From: Mobula hypostoma
Lineage: Eukaryota
Direction: 5' to 3'
Length of the DNA stretch: 64,000 nt
NCBI RefSeq assembly: GCF_963921235.1
Contig: NC_086104.1
Coordinates: 148,924,001 to 148,988,000, forward strand
Part shown: piece by piece, positions 14,537 to 25,843 of the stretch
Numbering within the stretch: position 1 is the first letter of the stretch
How the letters are laid out: every line of letters begins with the position of its first letter
Translations under genes and position numbers: made by a program
The notes under the pieces: model-generated
What the model was told of the DNA's origin: nothing
Database searches by the model: none
The model's input: only the letters and a program-made list of their open reading frames with translations

Positions 14537-14666
14537 CTGAAAAAGAGGGAGACAAGATTGGTGAGTCCTGGGATGGTAAAGTAAGAACAGTACATGAACA
14601 TCTCTAGGGTGATTACTCAGTCTGTGTGACGACTGAAAAGAGTAGGTAAGAGAAATAGGAATGCAC

Positions 14667-14826
14667 CCTGTGGTACTTGGCCTCCGGCCTTGCCATTCTC
14701 AATGTTTCTCCTGCTGTTTGGCCCAATGATGTCCAGGGCTTCCTGCTCCATCTGGGTGAGATCTAGAATAGATGCTGGGCGTTCCCCGCAACTGGTTCTT
14801 TTCCTTGTTTTGTGGGCCAACTTCTC
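14667..14826 (-). CDS. Myb/SANT-like protein, exon 2
   Basis: tttctacag acceptor, phase 0; EKLAHKTRKRTSCGERPASILDLTQMEQEALDIIG continues the typical post-Myb motif (EK.AH..R.R..TGGG....LT..E...L.I.G); weak donor G|GTGCAT, phase 1. Confidence 0.8.
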
Positions 14827-15244
14827 CTGTAGAAATAGTGAGAGTGAGTTAGTGCTTCATTGTTATAATGCATGACGGAGACGTGCGAACCAGCTGCATG
14901 CAGGAGGCGGGGATGTAGCCAGTTAACAGCCATGTTTATTGGTTTTGTGTAGAAAATGAAGGGCTTCAATTTATTTATTATCCTTAGCATTATTTCTAAA
15001 GTAGAGTCACTGCTGTAATGCAGGAAATGTTGTGGCCAACTTGCATAAAACATAATGCTTCCACGAAAATATATGACAGTGACTATATTACTTTTCTTCT
15101 ACGGGATATTGACCATACAGGAGATGTGAAAAGTTTTCCAGGTTTTAATCACTGCTCATGTCTAATTCTGAGGGCTTTCATCCAGGCTTACCTGTGTAAG
15201 CGGATACCTTGCTTACAGTTTATAAATTTGAGTTCAACCAAACA

Positions 15245-15345
15245 ACCTTGATCCCTACACCTCCTTCCTCACCACAACTCAAGGTTCCAAACAGTCCTTC
15301 CAGGTGAGGCAACACTTCACCTGCGTATCTGTCAGGTCATTTCTC
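15245..15345 (+). mobile_element. Penelope-like element GIY-YIG region fragment
   Basis: Translates to PYTSFLTTTQGSKQSFQVRQHFTCVS, typical of the segment preceding the GIY motif. Confidence 0.6.
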
Positions 15346-15399
15346 TGCAGTGCTTCTCGGCTTTTCTGCTCATGGCCCACTTGAGACTATCATTTACCT

Positions 15400-15960
15400 C
15401 TGCGGTCGCCACCCTCCAATGTCTCCATTAGTTGCGAAGGTTTTTTTTGTCAACTGTACTATTTATTGTAATCTACAGACAATATTTATGTCTTAACAGG
15501 TTATCAGTGTTACTACATGTTAAATATAGTGTTGCAGGTGTGTATGAAAAATAAAACTATTTCAAAGTTCTAAATACAATAGTTCACTTATAATATATAA
15601 TAAAACTATAACCAGCAATTAATATTGGCGATTAATATTGTTACATTGGGTATTTAGTGAGATCCTTGCCACAGATGCAAACTAGTGAGTTTTTGAATAT
15701 CTGGTTGGAACTTGGTTAGAGATAACCAAAGATCACATCTTTTCACAACATCAAGATGGTTACAAGCTTTTGAACGCAGTTGAAGAGCTTGACTAAAACC
15801 ACATTCAACTAGATAAGAGGTGGGAAATCCAATTAAAAACTTGGCTTTCTCGCAAAGCTGTGGAAACAGTAGATATTCAAAAACGTTGCTTGCTGTGTTT
15901 CAATTTTGCTTGAGCATTTTATCACTCTGCAACTCAATAAGACATTCTTGCAACGTGATG
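15400..15960 (-). mobile_element. hAT (Charlie/Buster-like) transposon 3' remnant
   Basis: Minus-strand translation FPTSYLVECGFS...CNHLDVVKRCDLWLSLTKFQPDIQKL..H..QGSH* resembles the hAT C-terminal dimerisation domain. Confidence 0.75.
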
Positions 15961-17094
15961 ACAACATCATTCACATTATATATACCGGTATATATAGCCG
16001 GAGAGGAGATATATCTCTACCAAAGGAGGTACAAGCACTCCTTCCCTCCATAAGCCTGCAGGTCACCCATGGGCAAGGTGTAGCACCTGCTTAGCCCCCC
16101 CTGATCAGGGCCACGTGAAGCCATGGGAGCAGATGGTGGATGGTCATATGAGCAGCTGGTGCAGATCACGAGTCCTGATTATGCGACCACTGATGTATAA
16201 CAGTAACAACCATGACACCAAACTAGGTAGAGAGACCTACTTTAGAGTGAGTAGGCTCTATAGAAAATCAGTAAAAGTCAAAGAATTATTATAAGTAGAA
16301 TCCCACGTGAAAAAGTACCAGTATTGAATAAACATGTAAAAATAAAACCAGCTTTTTAGGCAATACTTTTAAAAAATTATTTATTTATTGGGCATTTTTT
16401 TAAAATCCTATTATATATTCAAGTCCTATATGGCAATAAGGAGCATGCACTAACCAGGAAGAGTGATTTGAACTTCCTTTCAAAATAATACGTAACAGGG
16501 ATTTAATAGAAGTTGTAATGGTATAGTGATGCAGTGGTAGAATGTGTGAAGTCTCACCTCTTTGCAGTTCAGCTATTTCTGGCCGAGGACCCCACTGCAG
16601 CCTTCATGTCATGTTTTGTAAGTAATATAACATGCACAGGTCGGTGGAAGGCAAATGGAACCAGCCTCTTGTTATATACTTGCTCAGTGGGGCAAAGAGC
16701 AGATCTGCAGTTGTGGATGTGCAACAGGACTCAGCGGGCCGCCCTGCAGGGTGTGAACAGTGATTTGTGCGTGGTCAAGCAGGAGAGAGCGAATGATATG
16801 CCGCACCCCACCCCCCCACACACACAGCTAAGCTATTTTGCTGCCTCATTTGCAGCATCTAGCACATCTTATTTCATCCAATTAAATTACATATACTCAT
16901 TTCTTTTTTATGTATATATTTTAGTAATCTTTCAATAAAACAGTAAACTTATCATGGCCTATTCAGAAACTTCTGTGGCTCCCAGTTTCTTTGTAACCAT
17001 GACAAAATCTGGCATGGCCCCCTGGGGGACCCAATGGCTTACACTGAGCATCACTGGTCTACAGTATCTAGTGTTGCCTCCTCTGCATTGGTGA

Positions 17095-17680
17095 GATCTG
17101 ATGCTTCTCAAAAGGAAGGATCTCCAGGTGGCCACCCATTTCAATATGTCTGTCCATGACCTCCTCGACTCCCACGATCAGTCCATACTCAGGTTGGTGG
17201 AGCATCACCTCATGTTCCATATGGATAGCCTCTAACCTGATGGCATGAAGATTGATTTCTCTAACTTTCAGTAATTCCCCCCCACCTCTCCTTGTCCGTT
17301 CCCTATTCTGGCTCTCCTCTTTTCTTCACATGCCCTCTGCTGCCCTTTCTCCTTCTCTTTCTCCCATGATCCACCCTTCTCTCCTATCAGATTCATTCTT
17401 CAGCCCTTCACCTCTTCTCCCTATCACCTTCTTGCTCCTTACTTCAGCCCTCCCACCCCAGTTGATCTCACCTAGCACCTGCCAGCTTGTACTCCTTCCC
17501 CTCCCCACACCTTCTTATTCTGGCCTCTGTCTCTTTCCTTTCCAATCCTGATAAAGGGTCTCAGCCAAAATGGTGACTGTTTGTTCCTCGTCATAGATGC
17601 TGCTTGATTTACTGAGTTCCTCCAGCATTTTCTAAGTGTTGCTCTAGATTGTCATCATCTGCAGAATCTCATGTTTAGAT
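17095..17680 (+). mobile_element. Penelope-like element 3' fragment with degenerate hammerhead
   Basis: VATHFN..LRLVEHHLMFHMDSL*PDGMKIDFSNF C-terminus, CT-rich tract, then CTGATAAAGGGTCTCAGCC and the same tail as the hairpin elements. Confidence 0.75.
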
Positions 17681-17881
17681 TTGTATCTTTCCCAGACAAA
17701 TCTGTTTCCCATTCAACAAAATCTCCCTGACTTGCCAAGTGTTTCCAGCATTTTCCATATTTCCTTACAACACTGAAACAATTTGGCCCATTACCCTCTG
17801 TTGGCTGCCAGTGCAGTCCCATCAACCCCATTCCCCCACATTTCCTTGTAACTCTCTCACACGCCCACCAGTTCTCCCCAA

Positions 17882-18538
17882 TAGTCATAGCCATACTTTA
17901 TTGATCCTGGGGAAAATTGGTTTTTGTTACAGTTACACCATAAATAATAAATAGTAATAGAACCATAAATAGTTAAATAGTAGTATGTAAATTACGCCAG
18001 TAAATTATGAAATAAGTCCAGGACCAGCCTATTGGCTCAGGGTGTCTGCCCCTCCAAGGGAGGAGTTGTAAAGTTTGATGGCCACAGGCAGGAATGACTT
18101 CCTATGACACTCTGTGCTGCATCTCGGTGGAATGAGTCTCTGGCTGAATGTACTCCTGTGCCCACCCAGTACATTATGTAGTGGATGGGAGACATTGACC
18201 AAGATGGCATGCAACTTAGACAGCATCCTCTTTTCAGACACCACCGTCAGAGAGTCCAGTTCCATCCCCACAACATCACTGGCCTTACGAATGAGTTTGT
18301 TGATTCTGTTGGTGTCTGCTACCCTCAGCCTGCTGCCCCAGCACACAACAGCAAACATGATAGCATTGGCCACCACAGACTCGTAGAACATCCTCAGCAT
18401 TGTCCGGCAGATGTTAAAGGACCTCAGTCTCCTCAGGAAATAGAGACGGCTCTGTCCCTTCTTGTAGACAGTCTCAGTGTTCTTTGACCAGTCCAGTTTA
18501 TTGTCAATTCGCATCCCCAGGTACTTGTAATCCTCCAG
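17882..18538 (-). mobile_element. 5'-truncated Rex1/Babar-like LINE
   Basis: Open ORF end KKGQSRLYFLRRLRSFNI..HPLH..RKSFLPVAIKLYN; short-repeat 3' tail. Confidence 0.85.
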
Positions 18539-18775
18539 CTTACATTATTCCTAATGTATGGGATAATAGCTAATTATCCCATACATTAGGAATAATGTAA
18601 GATAGCCAATTAATAATCCACTGGCCATCTGGAAGGAAAGCAAAGCACACAGGAAGAACATGGAAGCTGCATACAGACACCGGAGATTAGGACTGAACCC
18701 ATTTTGCAACAGATATCAGTCAAGAGATTTACCTGTATAGCTGTGCCACCCCATCCACACCAACTTCTAAAAGGG

Positions 18776-19105
18776 CAGGGCAGTACAGTAGCATAGTAGT
18801 TGGCACATCACCTTGTAGTGCTAGGGACCACTGATTCAATCCTGTTGCTGTCTGTAAGGCGTTTGTACATGCTCCCTGTGACCGCGTGCATTTCTTCTGG
18901 GTGATCCAGTTTCCTCCCATATTCCAAACATGTACAGTTGATAATAGGGTTAATGAGTTTTGGGAATACTATGTTGGCACTGGAAGCATGGGGACACTTG
19001 TGGGCTGCCCCCAGCTTAATCCTTGGACGATGTTGATTGTTGATGCAAAATGATGCCTTTCACTGTGTTTTGATATACGTGTGACAAATAAAGCTCACCT
19101 TATCT
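18776..19105 (+). mobile_element. tRNA-derived SINE (V-domain/HE1-like)
   Basis: Degenerate A/B boxes, V-domain-like tttcttctgggtgatccagtttcctcccatattccaaa, LINE-like tail; related minus-strand copies near 4010-4275, 25270-25965 and 39350-39745. Confidence 0.6.
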
Positions 19106-19812
19106 TACCCTTAACCCATGCCGCATAAAATCTAGTTACACATTATGCACAGTGATTCATAGTGATTGCTGGGTTAGCAAAATCCCAGTTTAAAAATTCT
19201 CATCTTTATTTTCATACGCTGCATGGCTTCACCCCACTCCCCAAGCTACAATCTCTAAACTATCTGCACTCATTAATACTGTCCTCTTAAACGGTCATGC
19301 AGATGGGAAAGACGTCATTCAGTCCTACTTGTCTATGCGCACCAAGATTCTCACTACTTGACAATTATTGAATTTAATCACTCCACCTATTTCACCACAA
19401 GACCATAAGACATAGGAGCAGAATGCGGCTATTTGGTCCAGTTATTCTGCTCCACTATTTCATCATGGCTGATCCATTTTCCTTCTCAGCCCCAATCTTC
19501 AACCTTCTCCCCATATCTCTTCACGCCCTGACTAATCAAGAATTTATCAACCTCTGCCTGAAATATACCCAAAGACTAGGCCTCCATAGCCACCTGTGGC
19601 AATGAATTTCGCAGATTCACCCACCACTGTCTGGCTAAAGAAATTCTTCCTCATCTCCACTCTAAAAGGACACCCCTCTATTCTGAGGCGGTGTCCTCTG
19701 GTTCTAGACACTCTCACCATAGGAAACATCCTCTCCACAGTCACTCTATTACATTCACATACCAAGGTCAAAATACCATGACTTATGCTTTCAAACACGT
19801 CCAGCTTTTTTA

Positions 19813-20000
19813 GTCTTGACGAAGGGTCTCGGCCTGAAACGTCGACTGCGCCTCTTCCTATAGATGCTGCTTGGCCTGCTGCGTTCACCAGCAACTTTGA
19901 AGTTAGTCCTGACGAAGGGTCTCGGCCTGAAACGTCGACTGCGCCTCTTCCTATAGATGCTGCTTGGCCTGCTGCGTTCACCAGCAACTTTGCTGTATGT
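19813..20000 (+). mobile_element. Tandem dimer (93-nt period) of a Penelope-derived unit carrying minimal type I hammerhead motifs
   Basis: Two near-identical units; 13-bp duplication TCCAGCTTTTTTA at 19800-19812 and 20001-20013. Confidence 0.8.
19905..19940 (+). ncRNA. Minimal type I hammerhead ribozyme motif (intact core)
   Basis: AGUC-CUGACGA-AGG(GUCUCGG)CCU-GAAA-CGUC/GACU: stem I AGUC/GACU, stem II AGG/CCU, palindromic ACGU in place of stem III, GUC cleavage triplet. Confidence 0.7.
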
Positions 20001-20422
20001 TCCAGCTTTTTTACTTCTCTCTTAAGAAGCTCTTTAAACCCCATCTATTGGTAAATTGATTTAATTGCTCTTATTGTTCACAGAAACATTTTATTTGATA
20101 TCCTTCCTGGGATGTTTTTCTCCAGCAAAGATGCTGAAAGATTTGAAAAGTCAAAACTTTTTCTTTACAGAAGGAAAGCTTGACAGAAATGTATAACATG
20201 ATGAGGGGTTTACACAGAGTGGATAGCAAGCAGCTGGTCCCACTGGAAAGTGCGAAGGATTAAAGGCCACAGGTGAAATATTAAGGGAAAGTGAATTAAG
20301 AGTGACACAAAGAAAACCGTTAAAAAAATCAGCATGTGGCTGTAATCTGAAATGTACTGCCTGCAGATGTAGTGGAAGGAGATTCCATTCTGGCCTTCAA
20401 GAAGGAAGGAATTAAATAAATA

Positions 20423-21374
20423 TACTCAGTGCCAACTTTATTGGGTGCACCTGCTCATTAATGCAAATATCTAATCAGCTAATCACATGGCAGCAACTCA
20501 ATGCATAAAAGCATGCAGACATGGTCAAGAGGTTGAGTTATCTTTATAATATCTGGAAGGAAGTGGGATGGTCAAGGAATGCAGGAGGGAGGAGGTGAGA
20601 TTGAGGTTTGGGCACACAGGGTTAAATAATACATTATTTTTAATGAAGAAATACAGTAACAAATATTGTAATCAACAAGATACAGTTGAGTATATTCTGG
20701 TGAGGTGCCCAAGAGAGGATGGTTGATTTTAAAGTTATCACAGAATAAAACACAACTTAACATTAACAATATTTTGCAGAAAGGATCGCAGGATTGTTGC
20801 TTTAAATATACAGCGCAGTTCCTTAAGAATACAGGTCTTTTATAGAATTTGACAGATATACAAATATATAACGTTTAGATATCCTGACCCATATTCCAGT
20901 TCAGAAGGTGGCGGAAATGCACCACAAAGCTGTTTGTCAACCGCCATAAAACCTCAGGAGGAGAGGTTCATTTGCTGTCCAGACCAAACATCAGAATGGG
21001 GAATAAATCTGATCCAAGTGACTTTGACCGTGGAATGAGTGTTGGTGCCAGACAAGGAGGTTTGAGTATCTCAAACCGCTGACACCCCCTGGGATTTTCA
21101 TGCACGACAGTCTCTAGAGTTTACAGAGAATGGTGCAATAAACAAAAAAAAAACATCCAGTGAGCGGCAGTTCTGTGGGTGAAAGCGTCTTGTCAATCAG
21201 AGGTCAAAGGGGAATAGCCAAATTGGTTCAAAGTGACTATGACTCAAATAACCACGACAGTGGTGTGCAGAAGAGCATCTCTGAATGCACATGTCGAACC
21301 TTGAAGTGGATGGTTACAGCACCAAAAGTCCATACCAGGTTGCACCCTGTATCTAATGAAGTGGCCACTGAGTG
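20423..21374 (+). mobile_element. Internally deleted Tc1-like transposon with unrelated internal insert
   Basis: TIRs (T/C)ACTCAGTG.C.ACTT.ATT, TA flanks; transposase N-terminal remnant MG.K.D.SDFDRGM.VGAR..GLSIS; another fragment on the minus strand at about 59185-59320. Confidence 0.78.
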
Positions 21375-22910
21375 TATATAGCAATGAAAACTTTGCAAGG
21401 CTAGAGAATGGAAAGGAATTGGTTAGACTGGAACTAGTGGAATGGTTTGGTAGAAAACCAGTGCAGAGATATTTGCCTGAATCACCTCCTAGGGCGCTGT
21501 AACTTTGATTCCATACAAATGCAGATTACTCTTCAACATATTTAATGTGGTACTTCACAGCAGACTTACAAGGAAAGCAAAGCCAATGCAAAAATGATGG
21601 CGTAGACACAGAAATTAGCCAAAGGATCAAAAAAGCAGATCTGAGGAGATTTGGTATGTCAACAGACACTTGAAAATTTCTACAGAAAGGGTTAAAGGTG
21701 ATATATTAAAACTGATTCTGAAAACCATAACAGTGGCTTTTCAGATTGTAAGGAAGGGCCCTTCCTCCAGATGAGTGACATCGGAGACTACCGATGACAA
21801 TGATAAACAACCAACTGGAGGAAATCCACGTGATCAAGCAGTAGGTATCAGAGAAAGGAACTGTTGGCCTTCCTGTTTGAAACCCTGCATCCAAACTAGC
21901 CCTGCAGCTAGCTTCAGCCTGAAATGTTCGCAGTTCCTGCTCCTGATGCAGCCTTTTGACCTGAAGCTTCAACAATTCCTTTTCTCCGACATATGCTGCT
22001 CAATCCGCTGAGTTCCTCCAACAGATTGCATGTCGTGCCTCCAGGGGTCATTTCCACCTCCCAAGACATGACCTGCAGGAAGAAGCAAGTTTAGCAGGCC
22101 AAGGGCAGGCTAAAATACTGGAGTATGCCCGAACACTTTGTTGGGGGGGGGGCGGGAAGCATATGGACCACAGCCATTTCTGACATGGACACATGCCTTT
22201 GTCATGATACAGGGGAAATCAGTTTTGTCATACCCTCTTCTTATGGTGAGGAGGTACAGGAGTCTGAAGACCATCAATGATTTAAGAACAGCTTCTTTCC
22301 CTCTGCTATCAGATTTCTTAAGACCACAAGACACAAAAACAGAATTAGGTTATTCAGTCCATTGAGTCTTCTCCACCATGTGCGAGTTGTTATCATCTCA
22401 ACTCCATTCTCCTGCTTTCTTTCTGCAACCTTTGACACCAAGAACCTCCACTTTAAATATACTCAATGACATGGCCTCCACAGCCATCCAGGGGAATGAA
22501 TTCCACAGATTCACTAGCCTCTGGCTAAAGAAATCCCTTCTCATATCTCATCCAAAGGGTTGTCCTTGTATTTTGAGCTGTGCCATGAACAGTAACTAAT
22601 TATTCTTTTTTTTGCTCTGTTTCGTTACTAACATCAGGCAGGAGGTACAGAAGCCTGACAAACAATGATTCAGGAACAGCTCCTTCCCCTCTATGAACCC
22701 AAGAACACACCTCATTATTTCTTTCTGTAGAACTATTTTGCAATGTATAGTGATGTTACGACTTTGAACTGCATTGCAGCCGCAGAACAGACTTCACATC
22801 ATGAGAGAGACAGTGATAATGAACCTGATTCTGAAACCTGCCAACACAAGGACTGGTGACTGGTTGGAGCAGAGTGGCTGGGGGCGAACTCCTGCTGCCA
22901 CCATGCTTAC

Positions 22911-23141
22911 CTTCGCAGTCCAGGTCAGGCCATTGAACTTCTTGCGGCACTGCAGCCAAGTCTTTGGCACCTCACTCTTGGCATTAACACAGTGTGCCAC
23001 CTCCATCCAGGCCTGGTGCACCTTCTCCCTGGGCACACTCCTGCCCTCGGAGGGGAAAAATATCTCCCTGCGAGCCCTCACCTGCTCCAGCAGAACCTGC
23101 ACTGCTCTATCGCTGAAGCGCGGGGTCCGAGGCTCCGACAT
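22911..23141 (-). CDS. Myb/SANT-like DNA-binding domain protein (MSANTD/NAIF1/MYPOP-like, Harbinger-derived), exon 1
   Basis: MSEPRTPRFSDRAVQVLLEQVRARREIFF...AWMEVAHCVNA..VPKTWLQCRKKFNGL fits the Myb_DNA-bind_5/trihelix pattern (F-S-x-E/A..LL, W..IA..VN, R/KT..QC+KK(W/F)xDL); 77 codons then AAG|GTAAGC donor, phase 0. Confidence 0.88.
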
Positions 23142-23460
23142 GCCGGCGAGAAACAAAACCCGAACCCGGGGCAGGCTGAAGGGGGAAAGGTGTTGGGGGA
23201 ATATGAGGAGGCTGGAAATTCGTCGTCGGGCGGTCGGCCGGAAACACCCACCCTCCGGCCAGCCCGTCCCTCATCGGACATTCACACACATATATGGCCC
23301 CGCCGGCCAATGGAGACCCAGAACTTCCTGTCCATCATAGGGAGCGCAGCTAATCGGAGAAGCGGACTGACGAGGACCCGCCCACGCCGGCCCGATGTGC
23401 GCCCGCACTAAAATTGGCATCGCAAGATGGCGGCGGTGAGGGTCCCTGGCCGAGGGATGT
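23142..23460. promoter_or_regulatory. CpG island promoter, probably bidirectional
   Basis: High CpG density, CCAAT in both orientations (about 23307 and 23413), ETS ACTTCCTG (about 23323), GC box CCGCCC, YY1 motif CAAGATGGCGGC 23423-23434, plus-strand donor GTGAGG at 23436. Confidence 0.75.
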
Positions 23461-25441
23461 AGGCTGGTATTGAGCGAATTAAAGGCTTTCAGAATCAGAA
23501 TCACGTTTAACATCACCTGCACATATCGTGAAATTGGTTGTTTCTGCGGCAGCAGTACAATGCGATACATAATAGCTGGAAAAACTGAATTACAGTAAAT
23601 GCATCTATCTATGGGAATAGAAATTTAAAAAACGTAGTTAGGTAGTGTTCATTGGTTGTAATATCCATTCAAAGATCGGATGGCAGAGGGGAAGAAGCTG
23701 TTCCTGAATTGTTGAGTGTGTGCCTTCACGAACAGGACATGTCCTGGATGATGGGAGGTATTAATGATGGATGCTGACTTTTTGAGAGATCGCTCATTGA
23801 AGATGACCATCTCTCAGGTTAAAAATTGTGCATTTTCCGCTGATGGGGTAGCCGCTTGCGAAGGAAGCTGAGGGACGAAAGTATCGAGGGAAAGAGGAGT
23901 TGTAAAGTGGAGGAAATAAGATAGGGAGAAGGGGAGTGAAGGGGTTAGAGGGGACAGGGACAGTAGAAGGTGGGGACAGGGACAGTAGAAGGTGGAGAAC
24001 GGGTAGGTAGGAGAGGAGACTGGAGTAGAACCTTGTAGAAAGATTAGGGGTGGAGAGAAAAGAAGAAAAGGGGAATTGAATAGAATAACAGGGGAAAGAA
24101 AGGTAATGTTAGTGATATAAGACATTATACCGTGTGCTGAATAAATATTGAAACACTTGTAGGAAAGCAGCATACATCATCAGAGATCCATGCCACCAAG
24201 GCCATTCTCTTTTCTCGCTGCTACCATCAGGTAGAAGGTACAAGAGCCCCAGGACTCGCACCACCTGGTCCAAGAACAGTTACTACCCCTCAATCATTAC
24301 ACTCTTGAACAAAGGGGTTAACTCTACGCATTTGCCCAACTATTGAGATATTCCCACAACCAATGATCTTACTTTAAGCACTCTTTATCTTGTTATTTCA
24401 TGTTCTCGCTATTTATTTATATTTGCATTAGCAGTTTGCTGTCTTCTGCACTATAGATGATCTTCTTCATTGATCCTGTCATAGTTACTATTCTATCAAT
24501 TTGCTGAGTATGCCCGCAGGAAAATTTATCCCAAGGTTGTATGTAGTGATGTATATGTTCCCTGATAATAAAATTTACTTTGTACACAACTAATATAAAC
24601 TGATATATTTTAAGAACATTTAAAACAACTAAATCACTAACAACAACTTTTAATTCTTACTTTTAAACTGCATGCAAAACAATCACAAAATGTGCACATG
24701 ATACCAGCAAACTGTTGTTATTATTACTACCTGAAACTCTAAGCACATAATTTGCATTTTTGTCATCTTTTAATATGAATACTTACTTCAATGCAAGTAA
24801 CTGACTATAATAGAAAAAAGTCCCCTTAAAAATAAGTGGCATCTAGAAGGACAGACTATCCCTGGGTTTAACGTTGCCTCTTGAAGCCGATAACTTGAAA
24901 CACTTGCTCAGCAGAACACTACAGTGCCAACTAATATTCTTGTTTTTCGGTGTTTGGGAGTGGAATGTAGCATCACTGCCTTTTTAACCATACACACTAT
25001 AATTTGTGGCTGTTTATTGTTAGATACATGACCCCTTTCAGAGTTTTCATTGATCAAATGCTCCAGTTCTTCAGCTGAATGTGCACTTCATGCCTGTGTA
25101 AATATAAAAGCTAATCATCTTCAGCTCTTTTTCCATGGCATGGCTCATTGGATCAGAGTTTGGGTGATATCGATGTGTTTATAATGTCCTGGTCCAAATA
25201 TCCAAATACAAGCCCCTACTACATACAGGTACAGAGCTATTTTGATGCCCTTGGTCTTTTGAACAGGAAATATTAGCTTTATTTGCCACCTGTACATCAA
25301 AACATCAATACAGTGAATTGTGTCATTTGCGTGAACAACCAACACAGTCCAAGGATGTGCTTGGGGCAGCTTGCAATTCTCACCATGCTTCCAGCGCCAA
25401 CATTGCAACTTTCTAACCGGTACATCTTTGGACTGTGGGAG

Positions 25442-25843
25442 TGTGGTAAACCATATATACGTATGTTGTAACTGGGTAACTGGACACGCCCCTCTGCTGA
25501 CTGCCCCTGTGGCTCCTCCCACAGATCCCTGAATAAAGGCGATTTTGCCCTGCTCCTTCCCCTCAGACCAGGGGCAGACACTCAGCATGGAGGTCACACT
25601 TTACTGCAAATAAAATTGAAGCACCTTCAATAATTCCAAAAGACTGAAGTAGGGTAAATATTGAAAGACTTTTATTCGCAGTAAAACGTGACCTCCATGC
25701 TGAGTGTCTGCCCCTGGTCTGAGGGGGAGGAGCAGGGCGAAATCGCCTTTATTCAGGGATCTGTGGGAGGAGCCACAGGGGCAGTCAGCAGAGGGGCGTG
25801 TCCAGTTACCCAGTTACAACATATATATATATGGTTTACGACA
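25442..25843. mobile_element. Fold-back element made of inverted LTR-like arms
   Basis: TG...CA termini, about 175-bp near-identical inverted arms, GGGAG duplicated on both sides, inserted in a SINE. Confidence 0.75.

Noticed and set aside
19547-20054. ORFs with a duplicated 31-aa repeat
   Set aside because: By-product of the 93-nt tandem unit being a multiple of three; the sequence is non-coding repeat.
22774-23411. Plus-strand 188-aa and 139-aa ORFs over the CpG island
   Set aside because: Antisense shadows of the Myb/SANT exon and GC-rich promoter; no recognisable domain.
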